Shown here piece after piece: positions 1 through 13,177 of a stretch of DNA of 64,000 nt. Position numbers and translations under genes: made by a program. Location of the stretch: positions 70,742,001-70,806,000 of the forward strand of contig OZ024746.1 of the NCBI GenBank assembly GCA_964016885.1. Reading direction: 5' to 3'. A model generated the notes under the pieces. That model did not search any database and was not told the origin of the DNA. It was given only the letters and a program-made list of their open reading frames with translations. Each line of letters begins with the position of its first letter. Positions within the stretch are counted from its first letter, which is position 1. The stretch is from Eledone cirrhosa. Taxonomy: Eukaryota.

Positions 1-290
1 GTTGTGAGGACTCTTCAGTCATGTTAAAGACATGACAGCCTCTCCAATGTTGGTGACCTACACAATAAATGCACCCACTATGCTAGAAACAGTAGTCAAA
101 TTTCCTCAAATCACATCCTACTGTTTTTTAAAAAAAGGGAGAGTACATGGAACAAAACAATCCCAGACATATCAAAATCAGCCAGGTGGGTCACATTTAG
201 AATGCCTTTGATCACAAGTTTGCTCAATCAGAGTTGGCCTAGGGTTAAACAACAACTACAGTAATTACTATCACCATAAAAATTACTCAC

Positions 291-425
291 TTGTCCAACA
301 CTGAGTGTGCATTCTAAAGGCCTGTCTTCTGGTTTAAGAGATGGATAATGTTGTAAGAGCCACTGCAGAGTTGTTTGGTTAGGATGAAAATCTGGAATCT
401 TATCTGGAGGATATAAAAACCATCT
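291..425 (-). CDS. JMJD8: JMJD8 coding exon 8 (gene continues left of the window)
   Basis: Acceptor ttttgtttttcAG, donor GTGAGT; 135 bp; RWFLYPPDKIPDFHPNQTTLQWLLQHYPSLKPEDRPLECTLSVGQ, comparable to human RWFLYPPEKTPEFHPNKTTLAWL...RPLECTIRAGE. Confidence 0.96.
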
Positions 426-1417
426 CTGAAAAACAAAAGTTAAATATTGTTACAAACAAAAATAAAATTAAATACATATACTTCTGCCAATCTTTATTAC
501 CACATATAGCAGAGTATGAACTATTATGACCATATTTTACTTGGTATTTGAGAATGTTCCTGATTGCTTTTTTTTAGGCCAATTATTATTTCCCATGAAA
601 GAAGTCAATCAATGTGCAAACATGGATGATTCAACAAAAGCAAAAAAAAACATATCACTTTCAATACCACAGGCCAAGTTAAAGATGAGAATAGCTGTTT
701 GGATCAACTATGCATGTGCTGCATTTTGTTATCTTCAAAGCTGGCTCTAGTCTAGGTCAGAGATTCATCTGGGTACAAATATCTGCATCAGACATCCACG
801 ATCCACTGTGCATGGGTGACCTCTATTTGCAAGGCTGTGGATACACTGGCTGAAGCTGGCCTAATCCTTCTGACTCAAGTGCAGTTAAGTACAAGTATCT
901 CAGACATAGACAATGAAATGAGGAAATTAACCCTATGGTTTGAATACAGGGTTTGGTTCAAAATTCTAAGAAGTTTACCAAACACAATAGACACCTTAAG
1001 AATGCTGAAGGGTACAACAGTCGAAACAAGATTATGGCAACCAAAAATGAGAACACTAGTTTGAATGATAAAGAAAATTTATTACACATATTGAAAAGCA
1101 CAAACATACACAAATATAATTGCTATCAATGCAGTTATTCATTAATAATACTATTAATGTAAAGGCCACATTCCTCAAATGTTTTGTGAAGCCAGATCAC
1201 ATGATTTTCTTTCAAAATGCCTTAACATTAAAGTTTCATAGAAAATGAAAAAAATAAATGTAAAGGAAAAGAGAATGCTTTAACCCTCCTACCCATAAGG
1301 ATTAACACATCGGTTACCATATTTCTAATGAAAGACAGAGCCTATGACTTTCAAATAATTTTGAAAATAATCAAGAATTTGGAGGAATTTAACTTTTTTA
1401 TATTTTCATTTGATTAA

Positions 1418-1765
1418 TATACGCGAATGGCAAAACATAAATGAACTAAGTGAGAAATTAGGAATAAGAGGGATCAGATGCTGTTTACTTAAGAGAGGAC
1501 TACATTGTAATGGTCACATGATGCACATGAAAGACGACAGCTGTATAAAAAAGTGCAGGGCGATCAAAATTGATGGAGTAGGTAGACCCAGAAAAACTGA
1601 GACAATTTGATAAATTCCAACCTTACACCCTTGCACCTCTCTAAGACAATGTCACTGGACCGAGATCTTTGGCGCCACGCAGTAACACAGAAGACCCGCC
1701 TTGTCTATGTACAAAGTGAAACCTACAGTCAGTAGTCACCTCTTAACAAATATACACCCCCAACC
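1418..1765 (+). mobile_element. RTE-clade LINE 3' fragment nested in a piggyBac-type MITE
   Basis: ELSEKLGIRGI...GRPRKT remnant; close inverted match to 11325-11680; flanked by MITE halves (ttaaccct at ~1280, ggtatcaaaaggtt at ~1860). Confidence 0.85.
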
Positions 1766-3572
1766 TATTTAAATCATGATGGAAATTTTTTAGATAAATA
1801 TAAACACTTTGAAACAAACAGCTTGTTATTGAAGAACCACAGGTGGTTTTAGGCAGGTTGGTATCAAAAGGTTTATAACAAAGCTGAAAGACAAATTGAT
1901 AACTGACTTATTCTATTGAGATTTCTAAAAGTAAACTAAAGGTAAATAAGTTATATCAATCAATTGCTTTGATAAATATAATTTGTAAAACTTATTAAAT
2001 GTTATCTCAAAGTTACATAGATATATATAGCAGTGTTAAGTATTTCTTGAGTTAACTACTTAAATATTTGATCTCTGGAAAAGATTAAAGGGGTTAAATA
2101 ACAACTAACAATTTATGTGATAGTCAAGAGGACATTTCAACACAGCCAAGCAGTTATTGTATACACTCAAATATAAGCCAATCTGAATATAAACTGCAAT
2201 TTGATTCAATATGAGAACTTTGTACAGGGATTCATAGAGTGGAAGAGGGAAGTAGACAGCAAGAGAGGGGGGGGGGGGGCAGAGTGAGAAAAAGAGCGGA
2301 TGAGAGCAAGACCAATAAAACACAAGTAAGATTAAAAGAAAAAGTATTATTAAGTCAAAGAAAAACTGTTAGCATGCACATGTGTGTGCAAGAGTGTATG
2401 TGTGTGTATGCATGAGCGAGCATGTATGAGTGTGCGCATGTGCATGCATGTATGTGTATGGGATATTTATGTAATAAAAAGTTCAAATTAGAAAAATTTG
2501 TTAGAAATATTTCCAAGGAAATGCATAACAATGTAGTAAATGCAGAAAAACAGTGTTACATCTTAAAATAATCACACTAGATATTTTATTAACTCATTTA
2601 CATAAAATTAGAAGTTGGTAAAAATCAGCAAAATATTGATCACAAATATAATCTGACTCCCATTGATTGTTTTCTGTCACAAATTTCTCAGCTTATATAC
2701 AAATATATATGTAGGTTTAGATAAGCTGGGAAAGAGGATGTTAAATGATGTTGAACATTACTCCAAACACATACATTGTACACATTATTCTTAACTATCA
2801 AATAAACAGGTAGTATTCCCTCAACTTTTTACAAATAACAGCCAAATCTCTCTCATCATACATTTCCTTCTTAACTCTCATTATCATCATTTAGTGTCCA
2901 CTTTCCCTGTTAGCAAGGCTTGAACGGATTTATATAGACCATGCCAGTACTGAAACAAAGCTACTGACCCTCCACACAGGCCAAGGGGTCTGCTTTTCCC
3001 TTAAGTATTGGTCATACATTCTACAGAATGCAGTTGTGTCTTTTAAAAGACATTGCCTATTATTTTCAAACTATTTGAAAATAATCAGTAATTTGGGGGG
3101 ATTTAGTAATATAATCAGGTTTTTCATCATAAGCCGACGTTTAGAGGTTAAAATTACTTAAAATGATAACAGAAGTTTTTAGATAAATATAACTACTTAA
3201 GGAGCTTAGTATTGTAGAACCAGGAGTGGTTCAAAGTGGTTTGGTATCAAAAGTGTTATAAAGGGAGAGGACCATGTGAATTCAGTGTAATGTAATCCTG
3301 GATACATTGTACCTGAAAAACTTTGAACATAGGTCTGCTCAACCATGGCTGATAGTTATATTACTAAATTCCTTTAATAGTGGTTTATTAGAAATCTGGT
3401 AACAAAAGGGCTAATGAAGCCATTTATCTCATCATGTATCAGAAGCAATAGTGAAAGCTGATTGGCCATTGTTGAGTGCAGAGCATCACTTATGCTGTGG
3501 ACTATCCCTTATGAAAACAGATGATGTCAAGAAAACAAAAGGATATCCTCTAAATACTGAAGTAAATACAGT

Positions 3573-4022
3573 TATCATCAACATCACCGTTTAATGCCCA
3601 TTTTCCACACTAGCATGGGTTAGACAAGTTGTCCCATACAGAACTGTTTCTGGCTTAGTTTCTACGGCTGGTTGCCCTTCCTAACACCAACCCCATCACA
3701 ATATAGACTAGGTGCTTTTTATTGTGGCACCGAAACGACCACCTTACAGGGTATACTAGGTGCTTTTTGTCATATCACCAGCACAATCACCTTACAGTGT
3801 GGACTGGGTGTTTTTTTTTGTGACACTAACATGACCACCTTACAGAATGGACTGAGTGCTTTTGTTTTTTTGTGCATACATTCGCCTTTAGCATAGTTTC
3901 TATGAATGAATGACCTTCTGAATGTCAACATCACTACAGTGTTTACCAGGTTTGTTTTCTCATGGCACTACCACAACCACTTGACAGGGTGGACTAGGCG
4001 CTTTTTATTATGGCACCAGCCC
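3573..4022 (-). mobile_element. Bipartite RTE-derived SINE-like element with internally multiplied ~45-bp module
   Basis: (cat)n, ttttccacactagcatgggttagac, gcccttcctaacacc, then repeated accaccttacag..ggactgggtgctttt units. Confidence 0.7.
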
Positions 4023-4085
4023 ATCTCATGTGTGTTAATAGCTAATTAAGATAGAAAGAGGTTCAATAATGGAATTAATATTTAC

Positions 4086-4153
4086 CTTTCTACCATATAT
4101 CATTTCAGCATATCCAGGACCATGAAAATGAAAGGGAACACCAGTACCAGCAG
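4086..4153 (-). CDS. JMJD8: JMJD8 coding exon 7 (metal-binding H-x-H)
   Basis: Acceptor ctctgtAG, donor GTAAAT; 68 bp; (A)AGTGVPFHFHGPGYAEMIYGRK, comparable to human GSGVPFHWHGPGYSEVIYGRK. Confidence 0.96.
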
Positions 4154-4639
4154 CTACAGAGAAATGAAAATTAAATTATAAAAGACAGCAAATAGTTGAA
4201 GTTGAACAGTTTATATTGTGGTGAATGGATAATTCATAAAAATTCAATTCATCTTCTAAATTGTAACACAGGTAAACAGGCTTTGATTATTTGTTCCACT
4301 AACAACATAAGGTAAAGAGAACTCTCTAGTCTAATCAAGAGCATGACAACCTCTCTTGTGTTAATGCCATGATAAAATGCACCCAGTGTAATCTGTAAAA
4401 GCTGTGAATTGGCAAAGTTGTTAGAATATCAGGTAGAATGCTTTGCAATATTCATTCTGGCTCTCTGAGTTCAACTTTGCCTTTCAACCTTTCAAACTTG
4501 ATAAAAAAAAGTACCAGTATTGGGGTTGATTCTTCCTCTATATCTCTTTTTTACTTCCCTGTTGATGTCAAATGTTACTGAACCAACTTGTACCAGTCAC
4601 ATAGGAGTGAAAAAGTACTTCTTAATTTCGGCATAAGAC

Positions 4640-4728
4640 CAACATTATTCTTCTCTTAGACCAAAGACAGTCCTTTAGAATGCATAACCACTACTGGACA
4701 AGTGAGTAATTTTTATGTTGATAGTAAT
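4640..4728 (+). pseudogene. Inverted partial duplicate of JMJD8 exon 8 3' half plus donor and intron start, inside intron 6
   Basis: caacattattcttctcttagaccaaagacagtcctttagaatgcataaccactactggacaagtgagtaatttttatgttgatagtaat matches the reverse complement of 264-353 at 78 of 90 positions by manual alignment. Confidence 0.88.
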
Positions 4729-5534
4729 AATACCAACCCCAGTACTTTACTGGTACTTTATTATATTGACTTTGAAAAGAGGAAAGGCAATGTTGACTTT
4801 GACAGGAATTTATTGTTTATAATTTACAATTTAAGATTTAGTGACACAATAGTGGGAGTGGAGAGACAATGAAAATCTAGCATGGCTATTACAATGAACA
4901 ATATTAGCAATCCCCTCCTCATTTTACTTTCAACCTCTCCCCTATCTCTCTCTTCCTGTCCTGCTCTCTTTCTCCCTTTTAGTGCCATATCCAAAATACT
5001 TTGCTATGATGCCCCTGAGGATTAGAAAATGAGAGGGCTGTAATGTATAATGATTTCCCAAGGGCATTAGAATTTTTCTTTTAGTTTTTTTAGATTGATC
5101 AACAAGATCCCAGACCTCATTCACTTACCGAATGAGGTGGAACTCGTCAAATCAGATCAAAGAAACAAAGTCCCATTGCTGGTACTATCTACCGGGCACA
5201 ATGTAAAATAAAGTGTCTTGCTCAAGGACATAATGCATCACCTGTTCTAAGAATCGAACTCACAATTGTGAATCCAATTCTCTAATCACTAAGCCATGCA
5301 CCATCACAATTAAGTTAAAAGTAAGTAAAAAGCAAATGGTTACAACAAAGAGTTATAACTAAGTCATAGGTTTAGTTTGGTAACAGCCTCCTCCTATTCT
5401 ATTGCCCTAACCTATAATATCACTGGTACTATGCATCTACATCAACTTCCTTGTTGCTGATGGAAGTACTCATCAGTTATACAGTTCTCTCATTCCTAAC
5501 ATCGGTCTCCTAATAGCAATCAATTTTATAGAAA

Positions 5535-5969
5535 TATGAAAATGAAATTTACAGCTTATTCTGAAGCAGGTTTAGCTAGTCTTTTGTATATATGTGTATG
5601 TGTAAGTATGAGCATGCAAAAATAAATGATATTTATAGCTCACACCTCTGCAGGTTTAGCTGGCATCCTATGTGTGTACATGCATGCAAAAATAAATGGA
5701 ATTTACAGCTCACACATATGTAGGTTTGGCTGCTGGCCTCCTATATATGTGTGTGTATGTGCATGCAAAAATATATAAAATTTACAGTGACACATATGCT
5801 GGTTTAGCTGGTCTTCTATGTGTGTGCAAAAATATATGAAATTTACAGTCACACACATGCAGATTTAGCTGGTCTCCCATATATGTGGACACGTGCATGT
5901 ATGTGTCAATGTGTGAAAATCAATGAAGTTTACAGTTCAAACATATGCAGATTTAGCTAGCCTCCTATG
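5535..5969. repeat. Diverged minisatellite, ~60-70 bp unit, about 7 copies
   Basis: Recurrent aaatttacagctcacacatatgcaggtttagctggtctcctat...tgcaaaa; ends exactly at the Gypsy LTR. Confidence 0.85.
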
Positions 5970-6468
5970 TGTAGCGACATGGTTAGTCAGTCTAGTCACT
6001 ACTTCTGATCAGATCCGAGAATAGCCCTTAGAAGGACTGTTATCGCATACGGTCTGATCAGATCTGAAGATAGCTCTTAAAAGGACTGTTGTCGCATATA
6101 GCCCTTAAAAGAACTGTTGAGGATGGACAGACGAAAGCACAAGTTGAAAGGACGAAGCAAGGCGAGATGTAAATTCGATCAGCTATTTATTTTCACATGA
6201 AGCGACGATATGAGGTACAAGGCGTGTGTGAGTGACAAAGCGTAGCAGAGGCGAGGAACAACGATACGCGAGTTGACTCTGCCAAATGTTGACTGGCGAA
6301 GTGTTTGGAACCACTCTATTTATACAGAAATAATCGTTTGATGTTTAGCCGCTGTGTAGGCATTTATTCTGGTAGCTTTTAAGAGTTCTTTTGTTTCACG
6401 TTGAGGTAGCTAGCTAACAGGTAGATGGTGCTGTATATTTCACAGATGTTATTTCCGGTGGTTGTACA
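5970..6468 (-). repeat. 3' LTR of the Gypsy element
   Basis: Minus strand starts TGTACAACC after a PPT-like GGCAGGGGACTAA and ends GTCGCTACA; TATAAAT near 6325 lies upstream of AATAAA near 6190. Confidence 0.7.
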
Positions 6469-7381
6469 TTAGTCCCCTGCCAGATCTTTTGTACAACAAA
6501 AGAGCGAAATATCGTATAGTAATTGGCCAGTGGTGCATTTGTCATGACAATAGCCCCAGGAGTGTCCAGCACGTTGTGAAATTTTGTGATCATCGAGTGC
6601 AGGACAGAGTCAGTGTAGAGATGATATGGCAAGATGTGTGTGTCAGGAAGAGAAAAAAGAAATATACTATAAAATGACTTTGACCAGATTTATGCAGGCG
6701 TGATGAATGAGCCTGTTGCAATTTGGGTTGAGCTGCCCGTGACTTGCGTGACAAAAAGTCTAACTGGGCAGTGAAGATAACCGTAATGTGTGAACTGAAT
6801 GGCCGTAAGCATGCTGCCTAAAAGTAACAGTTTGCTCCACAGCATATGACTTGAGCGAATGCATGTGGTAAAAAAAATAGCGAGGCATTCTCAAGCTATT
6901 GAGTGAATGTGTACGTGAAAAAAGAAGGGCAGTGTTTTGAGGATATGATTTGTGAAATACGTGATCAAAGAGAAAACATTTTAGAGTTAGAGGGACACAA
7001 ATATCTATTGCTCCGTGTATGAACCAAAGGGTGAAACAAACGTGGTTTTGTAGTGTGCATGAAAAACAGAATATGTACATGCCTTGTATGTATATAAAAA
7101 TTATGGCAATTACACAATCAATGTTACAGAACACGAAAAATAAAAATTTTTGCAAAACAAGAGAGAGAAGAAAAAAAATTTTATACACAATGTTTGTTCT
7201 TAAATAGTGTTTGTAATAAATAGTGTTTGTAATAAATAATGTTCTTCGTGACATGAGCACATGGTCAATAAAAATTGCAATTGTTCAAGCAGAAAGTTCA
7301 TTGTATTTGAAACTGGAAATAGTAAACACAAGAAAAATGGAAATGTTTTGCACAAAGAATGATTAAGAAACTCACTTGAGG

Positions 7382-9763
7382 TTAACGGTAATTCACATAA
7401 TGTGCCAACTTGGCGGGCCAATGGACGCGTCGTCCACTTCTTGTGACTGGAGATGAAACAGGTGGCTCGCTGGGACAGCAATCTGTTGGAGTTTCTGGTG
7501 TAGAGACTGTAACAGTATCCATGATGGCTTTTTTTAATCTGTCCACGCTGACAGAATTCTGTTTACCATCTAGATCGAGAATAAAATATTTCGGATATTT
7601 TTTTAGAACATGATAAGGGCCAGAATATGGAGGTCGAAGATGAGCTGAGATGGTGTCGTTTCGAACGAAAACGTGTGTCCAATCTTTAATGTCTGAAGGT
7701 ATGTGTGTGGCCGTGTTCTGTTGACGGGTGCTTGCAGGAGCAAGGTGAGACATATATTGTCGAAGGCGGTGTACGTATGATCCTGGGTCTGGAGCATCCT
7801 GAGGAGAGATGGGAGCAACTATCTGACCAGGTAGAACCAGGGTGGTGCCGTACACTAATTCTGCAGGTGTGTGTCCGAATTCCTCCTTAACGGTAGATCG
7901 AATGCCCAGAATGATGAGTGGTAGGTATTCATACCAGTGGGTCTTGTCTGGATATGCTTTTATTGCAGCTTTCAATTGGCGATGGAATCTTTCCACGAGA
8001 CCATTAGCTTGCGGGTGATAAGCTGTCGTGCGGATGTGTTTACATCCTAACAGGCAAGTCAGTTCCCTGAAGAGGTGGGAGTTAAACTGGCGTCCTCTGT
8101 CCGTTGTTATCTTCGCTGGGGCGCCATAACGTGATACCCAGTGTAAAACCAAAGTTTTAGCGACTGTTTCCACTGAGGTATCATTTATGGGAAAAGCCTC
8201 AGGCCAACGGGAAAATCGATCTATGCAGGTGAGCAAGTGTGTGTAGTTCTGTGATGGTGGTAGAGGTCCGACGATGTCGATATGCACGTGATGAAAACGT
8301 GCATCAGGTTGCGCGAATGTGCCGAGTGGAGTTTTGATGTGTCTGTGGACTTTGGCTTTCTGGCAGGCAATGCAGCTCCTGGACCAGTCGCGTACGTCCT
8401 TGTTAATGTTAGTCCACGCAAAATGAGCAGAGATGAGTATCTGTGTAGCTCGGATTCCCGGGTGAGACAAGCAGTGTAAAGCAGAAAAAACTTGTCGACG
8501 ATGCATCTGTGGTACGTACGGTCGTTCATGACCGGTAGTAAGGTCGCACCAAATTTGTCCCGGAGAAGAAGGAATGGGAACTTGCTGAAACTTGAGGGAT
8601 GGCGAATCTCGGAGCTTGATAAACTCTTCGTCAGTCTCTTGTTCAGCTGCGATCTGTTGAAGGTCGATGCCTGAATGCACATGTATTGCGTTCAGCTGGA
8701 TTCGAGACAGGGCATCGGCTGCTACGTTGTCTGATCCCTTGATATGCCGAATATCAGTTGAATATTGGGAGACAAAATCCAGGTGTCGGACTTCTCTCGG
8801 TGAATGTCGATCAGGTTTGGTACGGAACGCATAAACTAGTGGTTTATGGCCCGTGTAGATCGCGGAATCTGATCCTTCGAGCATGTGCCGAAAATGCTTA
8901 ACCGAAAGATAGGTTGCCAAGAGTTCGCGGCCAAAGGTACTGTATTTCGTTTCTGCCGTTTACAACCGCTTAGAAAAGAAGGATAAGAGTTGCCACACGC
9001 TGTCGACATGTTGTTGTAGAACGCTTCCAACCCCCGTGTCTGATGCGTCCACTAGCAGTGAAAGAAGAGCGCCAGACCTGGGGAAAACGAGCATGGAAGC
9101 GTTTGCCAACATTTCCTTCAGGCGGTTAAAAGATGTTAATTCTTCCTCGTTTAGAGTGATCTCTTCGTTTTTGCGAGTCCGGTTATGAAGAAGGTCCTTG
9201 AGGAGTCTGGCTGCGTCGGAACAATGAGGGATGAAGCGCCTATAAAAATTCACCAGACCGAGGAATTCACGCAGTTTCCGAAGTGATGTAGGTGCGGGAA
9301 AACTGCGGATAGCTTCTACTTTCTCGGGAAGTGGACGAATGCCGTCTTTATCGATGATGTGCCCGAGAAAGGACAGTGAAGGAACACCGAGAAGGCACTT
9401 GCTGGGGTTGATGATACCGTACTCAGCCAAACGTCGGAAAAGGAGATCTAAGTGCTTCTCGTGTTCTTGCTCGGAAGTACTTGCTACCAGCACGTCATCA
9501 ATATACGCATATACGAAGGGTAGATCGCGTAACACGGTGTCAATAAACCGCTGAAAAGTTTGTGCAGCGTTGCGCAGACCGAACGGCATTCGCAGGAATT
9601 CGAATAAACCGAACGGTGTTGTGATTGCGGTCTTCGGAATGTCTGCAGGCTCCATAGGTATCTGGTTATATGCACGCACCAAATCTAACTTGGAAAAGAT
9701 GCGTGCGCCTTGCAGAGAGGCAAAAAAATCATGCAGGTGAGGTACAGTGTAATTATTGGGCAC
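7382..9763 (-). pseudogene. Gypsy pol (RT-RNase H-integrase) with one nonsense codon
   Basis: [26 protein letters not shown] is in frame across the two ORFs; the RNase H TDHKPL motif reads TGHKPL. Confidence 0.9.
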
Positions 9764-10965
9764 TGTAGAATTGTTAAGTGCACGATAATCCCCACATGGT
9801 CGCCAATCATTCTCTGTTTTTTTAGGAACTGCTTGGCGATTCTCAATCGGTCTGGAAGCAGTCTCCTTGGTCGGGCAGCTGTGGGTGGTCCCTTTGTCTC
9901 GATGTGGTGCGTTACACTATGCTTAATAGGACCATCCTTAAATACCGGGCGAAAGATTGTAAAAATGCTGAAGCAGGGTTGAGTAGAAGTGTGTTAAAGG
10001 AGAGCTTCAACCAGACTCTTCATAGACAAGGAACACAGACTTGTATGGTTCCTAAAATATATAACCAGATCTAAAGCAGTATATTATTTGAAGGCTACCG
10101 CAATGCAAAATGGATTGTAGATTTTGGAATAAATTGAAGGCAACAGAGTTGTTGGCATATCACCTAATATTTTGGGTCTAAAAACCCTTTGTCAGAAGAC
10201 TATAATAAAAAACTGGGTTGGAGTTCATGCTATTGTTGTTGTTAACCTTTCGCCATTTTTTTTTCCTAAATCAACAATTTCATCCCTCTCAACACAATAC
10301 ACATTCAGTGATGTGATCAAATAACATTATCCACTTAATATTTCTCAAACTGTTCAATGACTTTGATATTCATTTAATGACAATGCATTTCTATATTTAT
10401 TTCTTACTTCCAAAGAACAAAAACAATTTAAGTTGACCATCCCATGTCTGTATCTTCTTTAAATAAAGAACTTATCTTCATCTTACAATGAAAACAAAAC
10501 TAGAAATACTTAAACATTGCAAACCAACAGCATTATTTCTTAACTCTTTCCAACGGGAAACAGTTTTTGAAAAAAATCACATCCATGAAACATCCTTCTT
10601 CCTAAAATATACACTGAATATTTTTATTCAACAAATTGTCAATACTCATCTTTTTCCATTTCATAGAGGGTTCTAAACCCCACTATCAGGCTAAAATTTC
10701 TTTAGTAAAAAAATATACAGCAAAAACTTCTATTTCTAATTTCAAACTCGCTCACTGTTTCAAAACATACTTGAAATTATATATTTGAACAAAATAAAAA
10801 TTCAGTAATGAAACTATTTCGTTTATTTCAGCTGTGCCCCACAGATATGTTGGCAAAAGCATTGCTGCAGAGAAAAGCCAGTGACACCTGCTGCATCAAT
10901 TACTCTACCTCTCATTAATATGCTGTAAGCTTCATGTCCTTTAACCCTTTAGCATGAAAATACAA

Positions 10966-12860
10966 TCATCATCATCATCTTCGCTTAACATCCATCTTCC
11001 ACGCTAGCATGGGTTAGACAGGAGTTGTCCCACTTGAGGCAAGGTTGGTTGAGTGACCGTGTCTAGCTCATATAGGACTATCTGGCAGGTTTTCTACGGC
11101 TGGGTGCCCTTCCTAACACTAACCACATTTACAGTGTGAAACTGGGAACTTTTTACTGTGTTACCTACACAGCCACATTACAGCGTGGACTGTGTGTTTT
11201 TTTGTTGTGACACCTACACGATCTTGATCTCATTTATTTAGACTGGATGTTGTGGTACCAACATAACTTTACAGAGAGAGGGTGGTGTTGGTGGGAGTGG
11301 GAGGATAGGGTAGGGGTAGTGGATTGGGGTGTATATTTGGTTGAGAAGTGCCTACTGACTGTAGGTTTCGCTTTGTACATAGGCAAAGCGGGTCTTCTGT
11401 ATTACTGCGTAGTGCCAAAGATCTCGGTCCAGTGACATTGTCTTAGAGAGGTGCAAGTGTGTAAGGTCGGAATTTATCAAATCCTCCCAGGTTTTTCTGG
11501 GTCTACCTACTCCGTAACTTCCATCAATTTTGATGCCCTGCACTTTTTTATATAGCTGTCATCTTTCATGCACATCATGTGACCATACCAACGTAATCTT
11601 CTCTCAAGTAAACAGTATCTGATCCCTCTTATTCCTAATTTCTCACTTAGTTCGTTTATGCTTTGCCGTTAACGTATATTACTATTACACATCCAATGGA
11701 GCATGTATGCTTCGTTCCTTTCCAGTCTGCACAGGTCCTCTGCACGCAATGCCCATGTCTCACTGCCATGTAGCATTGCTGTTCGTATACAGGCATCATA
11801 CAATCTGCCTTTCATTTTTAGAGAGAAACCTTTAGCGGCCAATAGTGGTATAAGCTCTCTGAACTTTTTCCATTCTGTTCTGGCTACTGTACTTTCAGAG
11901 CACCCACCACCACTGCTGATTTTGTCACCCATGTAACGGAAAGTATCCACTATTTCTATAGAACCATCTGGGCAATAGAAGGAGCTAGTATCCTGTAGGC
12001 ACTTGCTACTTATTGCACCTGAGCATCGGCCACATAAAAATCTACGTTCTTAGATAGTTTACCTGTGATCCCACTACATCTTTTATGTACCCATAGTTTG
12101 CATTTGGGACATAAAATAGAATGTCTGCCTACTCCTTTCCTACACACTGAGCATAGCCATTTCCCTGAGGGCACCTGTGCCCTACTTTCCTTTCTACAAA
12201 CTAAAACTTTAGTCTTAGACAAGTTAACTTTAAGGCCTTTTGATTCTAGGCCATGCTTCCATGTTTCGAATTTATTCTCTAGTTCAGCCATAGATTCAAC
12301 TATGAGAGTTAGATCATCTGCCTATAGGAGTTCCCATGGGCAGCCGGTCTTAAACTCCTCTGTTATAGCCTGAAGGGCAATAATAAATAGGAGGGGGGTA
12401 AGGACAGAGCCTTGATGAACAACTTTTACACTAAATTCTTCACAATATTCATTGTTAATTCTAACCTTACTGACTGTTTCTTTATATATGGCTTGTATAG
12501 CTCTCACAAACCACACATCTACACCTAGTTTTCTAAGAGCCCACCAGATAATGGAGCGGCGGACTCTGTCAAAGGCTTTCTCCAGGTCTACAAAAGCTAA
12601 GTAGAGGGGTTTACTTTTAGCTAGGTACTTTTTCTGTAGTTGTCATACAAGGAAAAGAGCGTCTGTCATACTTTTACCTGACACAAACCCAAACTGCATT
12701 TCATCTAGATCAATTCGCTCTCTGATTAGTTGCGCTATAACTCTTTCTGTGACCTTCATGACCTGGTCAACTAACTTAATGCCTCTATAGTTTCCCCTAT
12801 CTAAAGCATCCCCTTTACCCTTGTAGCAGTTAATGATGATGCTGCTATGCAGCATCATCC
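10966..12860 (-). mobile_element. RTE-clade LINE, 5'-truncated and frameshifted, long 3' UTR, (TGA)n tail
   Basis: RT pieces NYRGIKL, QFGFV, HQGSVL, CPWELL, PHD-like CSVC..CPKC..HKRC, LHGSETW, GRPRKTW in ORFs from 11352 to 12858. Confidence 0.92.
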
Positions 12861-13177
12861 ACTCATTTATTCTGATCTGATTAATATATAGATAAGATAG
12901 GGAATTTTAGTGGGAACTAATTTGGATTTTGATAATTAATGAGAGGGACTGAAGGATATTTCACTGCAAATTCTGCCATTCATAAATTTCCTATGTCATG
13001 TCTGAGTCAGGTTGTTATAAGATTCAAAATATTAATTTGGTTCATACAAAGATTTTTACTGTAATCTATCAAAACACTAATCAATGACAGGGTGTCATTG
13101 CTGATTACAGTGGTGAGCTATAAACTTCATAGGGTTACCTATTTACTGAGTTTCCAATAGTACAGTGATTTTTCCAG

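Larger units (their letters stand above)
5970..9985 (-). mobile_element. Ty3/Gypsy LTR retrotransposon, 5'-truncated (pol plus 3' LTR; no gag, protease or 5' LTR)
   Basis: RT ([12 protein letters not shown]) in 8960..9763; RNase H and integrase (HHCC, HIDIVGP, TDRG, NGLVER, GPY) in 7382..8920; in-frame TAA at 8960-8962; internal deletion near 9830 between RIAKQ and VPKK. Confidence 0.95.

Noticed and set aside
6760-7260. env-like hydrophobic ORF downstream of Gypsy pol
   Set aside because: Hydrophobicity reflects T-rich composition; no signal peptide, furin site or fusion peptide pattern.
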